64,000 nt of DNA. Origin: Malacoraja senta (taxonomy: Eukaryota). How positions within the stretch are numbered: the stretch's first letter is position 1; every line of letters starts with the position of its first letter. Below, piece by piece: positions 11,935 to 24,545 of the stretch. The translations under genes were made by a program, and so were the position numbers. Where the stretch lies: NCBI GenBank assembly GCA_038087875.1, contig CM075988.1, forward strand, positions 27,592,001 through 27,656,000. The letters are read 5' to 3'. The notes beneath the pieces were generated by a model. The model saw only the letters and a program-made list of their open reading frames with translations, did not search any database and was not told the DNA's origin.

Positions 11935-12076
11935 TCAGTTCATAAGTTCTGGGAGCAGAATTAGGCCATTCGGCCCATAAAGTCTACTCCCCCATTCAAT
12001 CATGGCTGATCTATCTTTCCCTCTCAACTCCATTCCCCCGTCCTCCGCCCCATAACCCTGACACCTTTACTAATCA
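11935..12076 (-). mobile_element. CR1 3'-end fragment
   Basis: GGAGCAGAATTAGGCCATTCGGCCC...CAATCATGGCTGATC is the reverse complement of a CR1 3' UTR like 34990-35070; a similar copy lies at 31590-31760. Confidence 0.65.
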
Positions 12077-14855
12077 CATAATGCATTTTTATAAAAGATC
12101 TGATTTGATTTTTTCCTTATGTGTTGAACTATATTTCTATCAGAATTTTAAATAAACTTCACAGTGACCTCTAACTAACCATAACACTTTGAATTTCCGT
12201 TTCCTCAGATTTTCCGGCAAAAAAACGATTCCTTTAAATGTTTCAATGTGTTAAAATGGCTGCATTGTAATTCAGAAATACTGGAGAATCTTAACAATAA
12301 ATTGTTGAGATTTAGAATGTTATTTATTATAATGTCTGTAGTGAATGATCCAACGATTTATGGTGGAATGTTAGGTAAAAAGATTATACAAGGTATGAGT
12401 CAGTGCAGAGAGCTTTAACCTGTTGACAGTGTGACTCTGTGTTGTGCAACATGCTCAGTCGTTTATTATTACTATATAAAACACAAATAGTGGTGTAACT
12501 ATGTTCAGCAACTAAGTTCATTATTATTAAATTGGCATCCTTACATATAAACATCTGAGGACTTGGACTTACAGATCAGCACGAACCATGATTTTTTATT
12601 ACAATATATATATATTTAAAGAACTTGTCTAAGGAGACGCTTGGGTGTCCATTTAACCTACAAAAATATCATACAGTTTTGCTCAATAAACTGTTGGATT
12701 GGAGAATATTTATGATATTCTGATTTTTTTCACCATTAGTTCAATTACAGTTAATATAACAAGAAAACCAGAAGTACTGCAAATTGGTTGCACTGATAAC
12801 TATGTACAATTCTCTAATTCACTCGCCCATCATGTTAAGAGAAAAGCTCCACCTATTTATCCCAGATATATTAGCTGAGCATGTACTAAAATCAATCTCC
12901 TTTTATGAATTTTTTATGCGTTGGAGTTCTCAACTTATGTCTGTGTTCATTTTATGTGTGTGTAATATAGCAAAAATGTGGTGATCCATGGGTTAAGTGG
13001 TGCCGATGATAAGTTGTTTTGCACCCTTAGGTACTTGGTCTGAGCTCTTTTATTGCAATTCCCCTTAATGCACCTCATGTTTGCCCAAAATCAGTTGCAC
13101 AACTGATGATGGCATCACAAGCACAATAAAACTAACAATTAGGTGTGACATATAATCTTTGATCATTAGACATTAAAGGGCAAGAAACAAATCCTGCAAA
13201 AGAATGACAAAGAGAAAGTTAGATTTTAAAGCATAAAAAGGATTCAAAGAATATGAGGTAATTGGTAAAATAGAGATGATCGGCCATGATTTTGATTGAT
13301 AGAATGGCTGAAAGAATTGGACCAACTGCTCCTGCTCCATCTTATACTCTCAGGAGATCTGAATTAAAAGGTCCATAAAATGACATTGATGTTCCACACA
13401 GCCTCTGCCAAACTAATTTCTTCAAACTAAGAATCAAGGTTCTTTCGATAACCACAGCATTATTGTTATGAGCCTCAGTGCAAAATACTGTGACTGTTTA
13501 GTCCGTACTTCCCAGTGACATAGGGCCACACACAACAAATAATTTGGTCAGTGTTTTGGTTTGATGGATGTTCAGCCATAAGGCAGACTGCAACCTATCC
13601 CTTTCCTATGTTTTCCTCATCTCTGGAGCAGTTTTAATTAAGCACACTGTAGCAGCTATGCATAAATCTCCAAGCTCTGACCACTCTCCCAGCACTCAAC
13701 ACTACATCATAAAATGACAGGTTCTTTTAGGAACTAAATAGCCCCCATTCTATTGCATGAATAACTGTTTGAAATATAGTGGCACAATTTGTCGAGTGTT
13801 GTCGCCCAATCAACATAATGTATATAATGTATTATGTACATATGTACATAATGTCTACACCAAAAGAAGGCAATGTTTAACTTCCAGCTGCACATTTCTT
13901 AAGCCTCAGTATTCCAAAGTTAAAGTAAATGCTCTAATATTATCTTTATTGGTTAACTTATTGCTTACTAGCAGTATCAGAGATCTGATACCAAGCAATC
14001 AAAAACACAAACTTAATTTTTCCTGTGGGTATTGTGTTTAGGGCAGTGATGCATGCTCATTGCCTTGGTCATGAGAAGAAAAAATGATCATAGTCTGCTT
14101 ATTGCTCCTTTGTGTTTAAATCCTATTAAGGGTTTGACTCTCTCAACCTCTGTCTTATAACCACATACCTTTCATTTCCCTGACTCTGACATCCTCTATC
14201 TTTCCTTCCTTAATCCCAGCTTGTTGGCCGCATTTTCAGTCATGTCAGGTCTATATTTCGTCCTTAAACACTTCTCCTCTCCTCCTTTCATGTGACCTTT
14301 CATAGGACCCGGATTTTAATTCCCCTCAGCTGAAAATTTTCTTTGCATTGGCACCCAGCCCAGCTAGTAGGTGTGAAGAAAACAAAACCCTATTGCAGGA
14401 CACTGTTGATATTCAGTTCTTGGGAACGGAGTGACATTGAATATCAGTTGATGCATCAGTCTCCGTTTTGAGACTCTGTACAATTCCAGTTTCATCTTTG
14501 TCTTCCCTGATAAATAAATTAAGAGAATTATAGAAAAATATTGAGGAAAGAATGAAATAAATTATCACTTCAGACCACTGAAAACAATAATCTTTTGTTA
14601 TGAAGACCTGGAAATTCATTTCTAATCCACCAGCTCATTCAACGGGATAATATCTAAAATATGTCTTCATTTTAAAAAAAAACATTAGTCCAAGGTAAAT
14701 CCAATTCAACAAATATAGTAAAGTGTATTGTAAGATGCCAAATGCAGTATATTGTTGTTTTAGAACGAACTGTCAATATATGTGAAGCTAAAAGCTTGCC
14801 ACTGGAAATGCTCAAATATTCCTCCAATTTATTTGAAGATAGCTTAGTTTAAACG

Positions 14856-16710
14856 TTTAGTGGTCTGATAATCGACTCCTGGAGTTTTCAACAATACTTT
14901 ATTCGAAAGTTCAAGTTGCAGCATATAGGTTTAACAGACACGTCTGGCCACATCGGTGGTCAGCGCTGAACTCACGTGCGCAAGGGAAAAAACGTGCAAA
15001 AACAACAGCCCCTCCCGAGTCACGTGACCGCGGCTTCCGAACGGCAAGTTTGATATCTGCGTGCGCTAGCAGGCGCCGCTACATAGCCCCCCTAGAATCT
15101 GCGGTACGGAAACGCGTGGGTAAACGGACGGTACGACCGGAACGCGTAGTACGAGGACGTGGGGCGAGCGTAACATTTGGGACCGGTAAAACAGGACCGG
15201 GGGGACGTGAAAAACGCGAACGAGGGACGGGCGTAACAAAGGGAACCGTAGAAACGCGACTGGAGGAAACAGGTGCAGAGGGCGGTAAAACAGCAGGTGG
15301 ACGTCCTCTACGCCGTGGAGTAGCCACTGTCACTGGGCACTCCTCTTCAATGTGTGCAGGCTTAAGGCGGTTCACAGAAACGAATTCCTCCTTGCCACCC
15401 ATGTCCAACGTGAACGTCGAAACGCCAGTATTGAGCACCTTGTACGGACCCTCATACACCCGCTGTAACGGCAAGCGATGAGCGTCTCTACGGAGAAAAA
15501 CATAAGCACAATCCCGTAACATCGTAGGCACATGCATCGAAGACGAACCATGCCGGGAAGTGGGAACCGGGATCAAAGCGCGCGCCCGCTCGCGAAGGTC
15601 CGCTAACAACTGTGAGGTTGAAACCTCCTGGGGGGACAGGCAAGAACCTGCAAAACCGAGCCATAAACTAACTCGGCCGAGGAGGCTTTGAGGTCCTCCT
15701 TAGGCGTTGTTCTGATGCCAAGGAGGACCCAAGGTAACTGGTCGACCCAATCAGGGCCGGTGAGTCTGGCTTTTAATGCTGACTTAAGGTGCCGGTGGAA
15801 CCGCTCAACCAACCCGTTAGACTCCGGGTGATAAACGGTAGTCTGGTGCAGCTTTGCTCTGTACAGCTGCCCCATACCACACCACAATGAAGACGTGAAC
15901 TGGGCCCCCTTATCGGTGGTAATATGTGAGGGGCCCCCGAAACGAGCGATCCAATGGGATACCATGGCCCTCGCGCATGCATCAGCAGAGGCATCCGCCA
16001 ACGGGATTGCCTCCGCCCACCTGGTAAACCTGTCTTCGATAGTCAGTAAGTGGGTAGCCCCCGCGAACAAGGCAAGGGACCTACCAGGTCTACATGGATA
16101 TGCAGGAACCTGCCGTCCATATGTAGCAGTCTTGCCGCCCTGTCTCTACGGGTAAGACCGTAGGCATGAAATAACAGGGCTTTCAACCCTTCGTACTTGC
16201 CGCTGGACGGAGGTTCTCTGATAAAGGGCAACAGCCTCGAGGCACAGTCCTGTGGTAGTGCTCCTACCACATGGAAATACATGGTGTCGTCATGATCGAT
16301 GCGATGTAGATAAAACTGTGCCTCCACATGGGCGAACCACACCTGAGGTTGATCGGGCCAAAAAGCTGGCAGTTTGAAAGCCGATGAGCCCTGCCTCGTG
16401 CTGGCCGATTTTGCGGGAAGACCTTCTTCTTGCATAATTCTATTGTCTAACGACGGCTAGACAGGTCGGGGTCACCAATTTAGTGGTCTGATAAACGACT
16501 CCTGGAGTTTTCAACAATACTTTATTCGAAAGTTCAAGTTGCAGCATACAGGTTTAACCGACACGTCTGGCCACATCGGTGGTCAGCACTGAACTCACGC
16601 GCGCAAGGGAAAAACCGCGTGAAAACAACAGCCCCTCCCGAGTCACGTGACCGCGGCTTCCGAACACCGGGTTCGATATCTGCGTGCGCTAGCAGGCGCC
16701 GGCCGCTACA
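14856..16710 (-). mobile_element. Internally deleted, non-autonomous Ty3/Gypsy element (element B) with tRNA-Trp PBS
   Basis: LTRs at 14856-15083 and 16479-16710. PBS TGGTGACCCCGAC (16465-16477, complementary to the tRNA-Trp 3' end) and PPT AGGGGGGCTA (15084-15093). Flanked by the 17-bp direct repeat ATAGCTTAGTTTAAACG. Confidence 0.93.
15079..16435 (-). pseudogene. Gag N-terminus fused to integrase core and C-tail (PR, RT and RNase H deleted; frameshifted)
   Basis: KLPAFWPDQPQVWFAHVEAQF (gag) runs into RFLHIHVDLVGPLP, then IEDRFTRWAEAIP, ITTDKGAQFTS, HPESNGLVERFHR and YEGPYKV (GPY/F module). Confidence 0.9.
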
Positions 16711-17114
16711 ATAGCTTAGTTTAAACGTTATGATGAAACAGGCTTGACCTATTTAAACAACTTTCTTTCATCCCCTGTTTTATTCAAATAATTTATCTTC
16801 TTTGTTTTGCCTGCCACCTACAGGATTTTCACTTTAGACAATCACTTTCTGTGTCTATGAAATGTCTGTGATTGCATTTCCATTGTTCCAACAATTTTGA
16901 CAATTCTGCACATGTGGTTAGAAATAGCATTGATAAAATAATTCAGAATTATGGAACTGATCCCGAAAATTATAGGAGAATGCAATCAGTCTAAAAAGAA
17001 TAATGAGTTTGTGCCAGTTTTCATTGAAAAGGAGTGATTTTTGTTTGCTTCATGGAGTGGAATATAAAGAATAGAAGGAAGATTTGGGCTACGCCATAGA
17101 AAATTTAATATAAT

Positions 17115-17390
17115 AGACAGCACAGAAACAGGCCTTTTGACCCACCATTTATATGACAATTTCCAAGTACTCGTCTATACTCATCCCATTAACCAGCAGT
17201 TGGTCCATGGCCTTCAATGCCTTGGCAATTCAAGTGTTGTGTTCAGATACATTTAAATCTCATGACAGTACTTGGCTCCAACACATTCTCAACCAGAATG
17301 GAAAACCACTGTGTGATTTATTTTCCCTTTAGAACCCCTTATACCTTTTATTCCTCACTTTAGAACCTACAGCATTTGGTTTTAGACTGA
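17115..17390 (-). mobile_element. Old CR1 3' fragment
   Basis: ACAGCACAGAAACAGGCCTTTTGACCCACC... is similar to the minus-strand CR1 3' ends at 38660 and 57290. Confidence 0.5.
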
Positions 17391-17789
17391 TAAGGCCCCA
17401 TGGTACAATTATTCTACAGCAAACCAATGCTACTGAATTCAAAATAGTCCTTGAAAAAAACACAGTTTTTAAGATTCTAGATATGAAGAACAATTAACTC
17501 AACGCAGTGAGTCAGAGATTGACTGTCTAGGATAAACTAGATTAATTTCTCACTGGTAAAATATTATTGAAATGTGTCCAAAAATTAATTTACTGCTTTA
17601 CAGAACCAGTTAATGCTCCAAAGGAGCAGGAGATCTACTTATTCCCTTTATGTATCTGCACACTGTGGACGACAAAAACATTTGAATCAGCTGGTAAGAA
17701 CTGCAGAAAGGTGTGAAAAAAGAAACTTGCCAGGATTTTAAAATTAAACACAAACTTATGTTACAACTATAATTGGGGTAAATATCAAG

Positions 17790-17921
17790 TGCAGAAGAAG
17801 GATGTCAACCTGAAATGTCACCCATTCCTTTTCTCCAGAGATGTTGCCTCTCCCGCTGATTTACTCCAGCTTTTTGTGTCTATCTTCGGTTTAAACCAGC
17901 ATCTGCAGTTCCTTCTTACAC
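17790..17921 (+). repeat. Penelope-derived terminal repeat with a degenerate hammerhead motif
   Basis: GCAGAAGAAGGATGTCAACCTGAAATGTCACCCATTCCTTTTCTCCAGAGATG...CCAGCATCTGCAGTTCC. Confidence 0.6.
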
Positions 17922-19809
17922 ACTTTCAAAAGTGTGATAAGTTAGAAAAAGTGGAAATCCAGAAATCCAGAAAGAGATCCATAAACATATTAAAGTGCAT
18001 TGGATGGATGTAGAACAAACAGTTAGTAGAATCGGATCTTTAATCTATTCATTCACTATTCTGGATATATGTTAATAATTCTGGGTGCTATAGTTTAAGA
18101 AAAAAATATGATTTTCTCGGAGAGATTGCACAATTGTACTTGAAATTTATATTTCAGGGTTAAATTGATTGAAATTAAGAGGAATTGATATGAAATAACT
18201 TGTGCCAGTTGAGGTGTATGGAGCTTACCTATAGAAAGGATTACTTAAAAATCAGAGCCAAGTTTTACTGGTGTGAAATACTGAAAAAAATTCTATTCAC
18301 AAAAGAAAAGAGGAGTTTAAATCTCACTCCATAACCATCAATTGATGCTAAGTCAATGTTAAATTTAAGATAGATATGATCTTCTTAACCAAAGGAATTT
18401 GAGGATCGGGTCAAAGCCCATGTCATTCGGATGTAGGTCAGCTAAGATCTCAATGCACCAACATGATTATTTTTTGTCAAAGTGGCGCCTACGATGGCTG
18501 CCAGGGTGTACTGCTCCTTGCAGTTTTGTCTGTGTTTGTTCATTTATGTTGTCAGTGAAAATCCCACAAAGATCACTTTCATGAGAGAGGTATTCATTAA
18601 CATCAGATATTCGGTACCTCCAAACATTGTTCCGGATTTCTCTCACTTGCTGGATTATTTAGACATACTTGTCGGCGGGGCTATAGCTGTGTTCAAGGTC
18701 TTGAGACAGAGGAGGATAAGGGAGAAGCACTCTGGAGCACTCGCCCGACTCCGGCGACGTGGATTATGCACACTGCTCCCGAGTATATTCCTTGCAAATC
18801 TACGTTATCTCAACAACAAAGTCGACAAACTCTCTCCTGTGCCAAACAAACAAGGAGTTCTCTCGAGCTGCTGCCCTGTGCTTCACCGAGAACTGACTGT
18901 GTGAGTCGACCCTGGACAATGCGCTGTAACTGGCTGGCTTTCAACTACACGAAGCGGAGGCAGCGGGGAAATCCAGAAACGGTGGAATATGCTTCTATAC
19001 TAACCAGGGCTGATGCAGCAACATCACGGTACTGTCAAACTTCTGTTCTCCTAATCTGGAATCTTTTTTTATAAATTGCAAACCCTTTTATTCTCCGAGG
19101 GAATTTACCTATTTTATTCTCGCTGGAGTTTACATCCCCCCCCCCCAAGCCTGCATACGTGAGGCGCATACGCAATTCGCTGACCAGGTAATGAGAGTTG
19201 AGAGTGACTTCCCAGACTCCATGGTAATTGTTTTGGGGGATTTTAACAAGGCTTACCTCAGCCGAGAGCTTCCAAAATACAGACATCGCGTTGCCTGCCC
19301 CACCAGAGGGGAGAGAACACTCGATCATTGTTATACAACAATCAAGAACGCATATCGCTCTGTTCCCCGTGCGGCTCTGGCACTCTCTGATCATTGTTTA
19401 GTTCACCTTATTCCGGCCTACAGACAGAAACTAAAATCTGCTAAGCCTGTGGTCAGAACAATGAAAAAGTGGACAACGAAGACATTGAAAACCTACAGTC
19501 CTGCTTTGAGTGCACTGATTGGAATGTGTTCAGGGAAGCAACCACAAGCCTCGATGAATATACAGACATCGTGATATCATATGTCAGCTTTTGTGAGGAC
19601 AGTTGCATTCCCACTAGGACCCGGATCAGGTTCAACAATGACAAGCCTTAGTTTACAGCAGAACTCAGACAGCTCCGCCAGTCTAAAGATGAGGCCTACA
19701 GGAGCGGGGATGCAGACCTCTACAGGCAGGTCAAGTACAAGCTGAGAAGAGGAATCAGAGCTGCCAAGGAAAGGTACTCTGAGAAGTTGAGGAGCAAGTT
19801 CTCAGCTAA

Positions 19810-20013
19810 TGTAGATGATATATGCATGTGCCTTTAACATAGTGACCTCATACCTACTAACCACTCCCCATATCACAAGTATAACTACAACCTCCCCACC
19901 CACAGATCGCTCTCTAGTTCCGGTGACAGACCACGTACAGCTAGTGCAATATGTAATGCTCCAGTATGAATAAAGATAGTAAAGTAACGATTCCTCGTTA
20001 TAGATTCTTTACA
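19810..20013 (+). repeat. 5' LTR of Gypsy element C
   Basis: Direct repeat of 24342-24545; contains AATAAA. Confidence 0.95.
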
Positions 20014-20109
20014 TGGTGTCAAACCACTTACCTTGCGCCTCCTGTCTATCGGTTTATCATTTAATTTTGTCCCAGTTTTTTGTTTCCCCCGCCCTCCCAT
20101 TTCTTTGTT

Positions 20110-23100
20110 ATGGCCTCTTCTGCCCGTAAGCCTGATGTGCTCGTTTTCGATTTAGACATCGCCCTTCGATGGGACGTATTCAAACGTGACTTTGAACACT
20201 ATGTCACGATCGCTCATCCTGCCGCCACCGCTGATCTCAAAGCCTCTCTGCTTCTCAACTTGGCTGGTCCCGAGGCCCTGACTCGCTCTGACTTCTTCGT
20301 CTACGCTGCTGGAGAATCAGCTCGGGGCCCGGTATGTCTGGTGGCTAAGTTTGATGCTATTTGTGATATCCCAACAAACTGCATCTTAGAACGTTTTAAA
20401 CTGTTCGCGCGGCGTCAGCTCCCTGGGGAATCTGCTGAGAACTATGTCTCTGCGCTGCGGCACCTGGCCAGGCGCTGCCGCCTCCACACGTTGACCCCCG
20501 AGGAGATTATCAGGGACCTTCTAGTTTACGGTCTCCGCGATGATAAGCTCAGGGCCGAACTTCTGCGCAAGCCGGATCTGACTTTTAACGATGCGATGCA
20601 CGCCACTCGCTTAGCTGAAGCTGTCACCTCGGCGGTGTCACCGGCTGAACAGGCGATTAACTTTGCCAGCACTCCCAGTCATCTGATGAACACGCCCCGG
20701 TCGCGGCCCCCGGGGTCGCTCGCTGCTCGAGGGGGACGTGCCCCGGGGTTCGGTACTGCTCCCGGGGGAGGTACCCGGCAAAGGTGCCCTAATTGCAACT
20801 TCACCACTCATCAATACAATGTGTGCCCTGCCTTGGGTAAAACATGTAATGTCTGCAAGAAATTGAACCATTTTGCTGCGGCCTGTCGCTCCCGTGGGAA
20901 GCCTGTCGCTGCTCCGAGGGGAAATTTAAACAACCTTCTACAAACTGATAGTGAGCTCAGCTCCCAGTGCTATTTCGATGAACAGTCTGTTTCTGCATCC
21001 GACTCCTCTCAGGGGGAGAACAGCTTGTATACTGTGTTGGGCGCACCTGCTATGATTACGGACACTTCTGTGCGAGTCACTGTGAACAACTCGACCTTCA
21101 CTGCTAAGATTGACACGGGGGCAGTTGCCAACGTAATGTCAACATCTCTCTTCAAACAGATAAGGACTAATGAGCAGATTTTTTCTCAGAACTCAACCTT
21201 GCATGCCTACGGGGGGGGAGATTCTTACTCCTGTGGGCAAGGCCACGCTACGCTGTAAGATACTAGAGACCTCTCGGCCCCTCACCTTCTATCTCCTCGA
21301 TCAAAAATGCATTCCCCTGCTGGGTATCCGGGCATGCCAGGAAATGGGACTGGTATCCTTCCACCGTGACATCCACCAGGTGCAGGCCCTCATGGACCCG
21401 CTGGCCGATTATCCCGACCGCTTTGATGATGAGCTAGGCAAACTACCCTGCAGCTACAAGATTGTAGTGGACCATAAGATCGATCCAGTGGTCAATGCTC
21501 CTCACCGTGTTGCCTTCGCCATGAAGGACAGAGTGGAGTCGACACTACACAGTATGGTACAAATGGGCATCCTAAAGGTGGTCATCGAGCCCACCAGGTG
21601 GGTCTCTTCCATGGTTGTTGCTGCGAAAAAGGACATGAGCGAGATACGCATCTGCATCAACCCCAAAGACCTCAACCTGGCCATTAGACGCCCGCACTAC
21701 CCCATGAGAACGGTAGAAGAAGTCGCTGCACAGGTTGGTCCAGCAACGTTTTTTTCTGTCCTCGATGCCAAAAGCTCCTTCTGGCAGATACCACTGGACG
21801 AGCAGTCGTCCATTTTGACAACTTTCGCCACCCCCTACGGAAGGTTTCGGTTCCTCCGAATGCCATTCGGAATCAACTCTGCCAGCGAGGTATTCCAGCG
21901 GACAATGGAGCAGTTGTTTTCGGGTCTACCATGCGCCATCATTGTTGACGACATCCTCGTTTACGGTAAGGACGTTGCCGAACACGATGTCAACCTCCGC
22001 CAGGTCCTGGACCGGGCCCGGCAAATCAACTTGAAACTTAACCCCAAGAAGTGCCGATTCCGCGTGCCGGAGGTCACCTATGTTGGACATGTATTCACCG
22101 CCGAGGGGTTAAAGCCAGACCCGCAAAAAACGGCTGCCATTTCAGGGATGCCTTCTCCTACTAATGTGGCAGGCCTACAACGCTTCCTGGGCTTGGTAAA
22201 CTACCTGGGGAAGTTCATCCCCGACCTCAGCGAGCTCAGCGCTCCCCTGAGGGATTTGATAAAAAAGGACACGTCCTGGGCTTGGTTCCCCCACCATCAG
22301 AAAGCATTCGACATTCTTAAGTCCAAGCTGATCAGCACCCCCACGCTCAAGTTTTTTGACCTGCAGCGTCCCATTGTCCTCACCTGCGACACCTCTCAGT
22401 TCGGACTCGGTGCCGCCTGTCTCCAGGTCCATGACGGCCTACAGTTGCCTGTCTCCTTCGCATCCCGCTCCATGACCGTCACCGAACAGCACTACGCGCA
22501 GATTGAGAAGGAGCTACTGGCCGTGGTGTTTGCCTGCTCCAAATTCAGAGACTACATCGTGGGCAACACTTTCACCATTGAAACTGACCATCAGCCACTT
22601 GTCACCATCCTCAACAAGTCGATCCATGTGGCCTCATCACGCCTACAGCGCATGATGCTGCAGCTCCAACGCTTCACGTTCAAGGTGATTTATCGTAAGG
22701 GCAAGGACATGTTCGTGGCCGACACGTTGTCTCGCGCCCCGCTGTCGTCCACCGTTCGCCACCCATATGAGATGTCTGATCTATTGGTGCTCCAAATGGA
22801 CATCGTCCCTTCACAACAGATGAAGTCCCTGGTTGAACACACTACCAATGACCCTGCCCTGCAACAGCTGTCTGGCGTCATCCAGCGGGGCTGGCCCGAC
22901 CGTCGTTCCGCACTGCCGGCTGGTGCCGTGCCCTACTTCCTGGTCCGTGATGAGCTCGTACTACACGACGGCGTGGTGGTGAAGGGTCACAAGGTGGTCG
23001 TGCCCGCGGCGCTGCACGACCACTATTTTCAAGTCACTCACCGCGGTCATCCTGGGGCCGAAGCCACCGTGTCTCTCGCCAGGAGCCAGTTCTATTGGCC

Positions 23101-24272
23101 CGATATGGCCAAATACATCCGGGAGAGGGTCTCCTCGTGTTCCACCTGCAACAGCCTCGCCCCCCACCAGCAGCGTCAGCCGCTTCTGCAGCAGCCCGCG
23201 CCCGAACTGCCCTGGATGGCGCTTGCCGCCGACATTTTCGAGTGGCGAGGCAAACACTTCCTGGTTCTCGTTGACTCCTACTCCAGCTGGTTTGTGGTCG
23301 ACCGGCTGCACTCCCTAACCTCTTCGGCCATCATCGACAGGTTGTACCCTCATTTTGCAACTTTTGGCCCCCCGGCAAGCCTGCAATCGGACAATGGCAG
23401 CCAGTTCACGAGCTCCGAGTTTAAAGCGTTCGCTTCCAGATGGAACTTCCGCCATTTCACCAGCAGCCCGGAGTACCCGCAAAGCAACGGTCTGGCCGAG
23501 CGTGCCGTCCGCAGCGCGAAGCACCTGCTGGAACAGTGTGGTGGCATTAACTCCGACTTCCATCTGGCCCTCCTCAACCTCCGCAACATTTCCCGCGACT
23601 CTGCCATGGGTTCCCCTGCTCAGCGGCTCATGTCTCGCGCTACCAGGCTCCCGCTCCCTGTGGCCCAGCGCTCCCTCATACCCTCCATCCTCCCGCCTGC
23701 GGCGGTTCAAAAACGCATTGCCTTCAGGCACAATGCCCAAAAGCGTTCCCATGACAGGTCCTGCCACCCGCTGCCGCGCCTCTTCCCCGGTCAAGTTGTC
23801 CGTATGCAGACCACTTCCGGTCACTCCAAGCTCGCCACCGTCGTCGGCTCTGCGGGGTCGCCCAGGTCTTATCTCGTCGACCATGCGGGAGCCATTTACC
23901 GACGGTCCCGCCAGCACCTTCGGCTCGTCAACGAGCCGCGTCCTCCTGCCGCGGATCCCTTTGCTCCCCCACTGCCGGCTTCGCGTCCGGGCGTTGACCT
24001 GCCCCTCCTTCCTAACATGCAACGTTCTGCACCTCCTCAACTCCTTCCATCCCACCCTGCTCCGACTAGTCCTCGCTCGCCTGCCCGCGCTCTTCCCGCT
24101 CCTGATCCCGGGTTTGGTGCCGCGGTCTCCTCCGTCTCCTCCCGTTTCCCCCTTTCAGGTTCGTCTGTCCCCATCGGGGCCTCTTCCTCCTGCCGGAAGG
24201 GAGGATGGCGAGACGCGAACCCGGTCGGGGCGTCTTGTCAAACCGCCTGTTCGCTATGGCGATTTTGTTTAA
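20110..24272 (+). CDS. gag-pol: Gypsy gag-pol polyprotein, nearly intact (extra G in the run at 21211-21218; second frameshift in the Pro-rich integrase tail near 24110)
   Basis: MASSARKPD start; two CCHC-type knuckles; KIDTGA protease; IVDDILVYG RT; RNase H; HHCC plus DDE integrase. ORFs 20080-21258, 21170-24346 and the end of 23355-24272. Confidence 0.92.
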
Positions 24273-24341
24273 CCATCCTAGCGCATGAGCCGTGGTCGCC
24301 CTGTCACCATTGTATTTGCCTGTCGATTCGAAGGGGAAGGA

Positions 24342-24545
24342 TGTAGATGATATATGCATGTGCCTTTAACATAGTGACCTCATACCTACTAACCACTCCC
24401 CATATCACAAGTATAACTACAACCTCCCCACCCACAGATCGCTCTCTAGTTCCGGTGACAGACCACGTACAGCTAGTGCAATATGTAATGCTCCAGTATG
24501 AATAAAGATAGTAAAGTAACGATGCCTCGTTATAGATTCTTTACA
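24342..24545 (+). repeat. 3' LTR of Gypsy element C
   Basis: Direct repeat of 19810-20013, directly after the PPT. Confidence 0.95.

Larger units (their letters stand above)
19810..24545 (+). mobile_element. Full-length, very young Ty3/Gypsy LTR retrotransposon (element C)
   Basis: 204-bp LTRs at 19810-20013 and 24342-24545 with TG...CA ends and 1 mismatch seen. TSD GCTAA at 19805-19809 and 24546-24550. PBS TGGTGTCA at 20014 and PPT AAGGGGAAGGA at 24331-24341. Confidence 0.97.

Noticed and set aside
14413..14619. Short minus-strand ORF with an acceptor-like site near 14507
   Set aside because: No recognisable protein and no good donor; unsupported.
21205..21225. Programmed gag-pol frameshift at the G-run
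   Set aside because: It falls inside the protease and the related element A is in frame here; a homopolymer indel explains it better.
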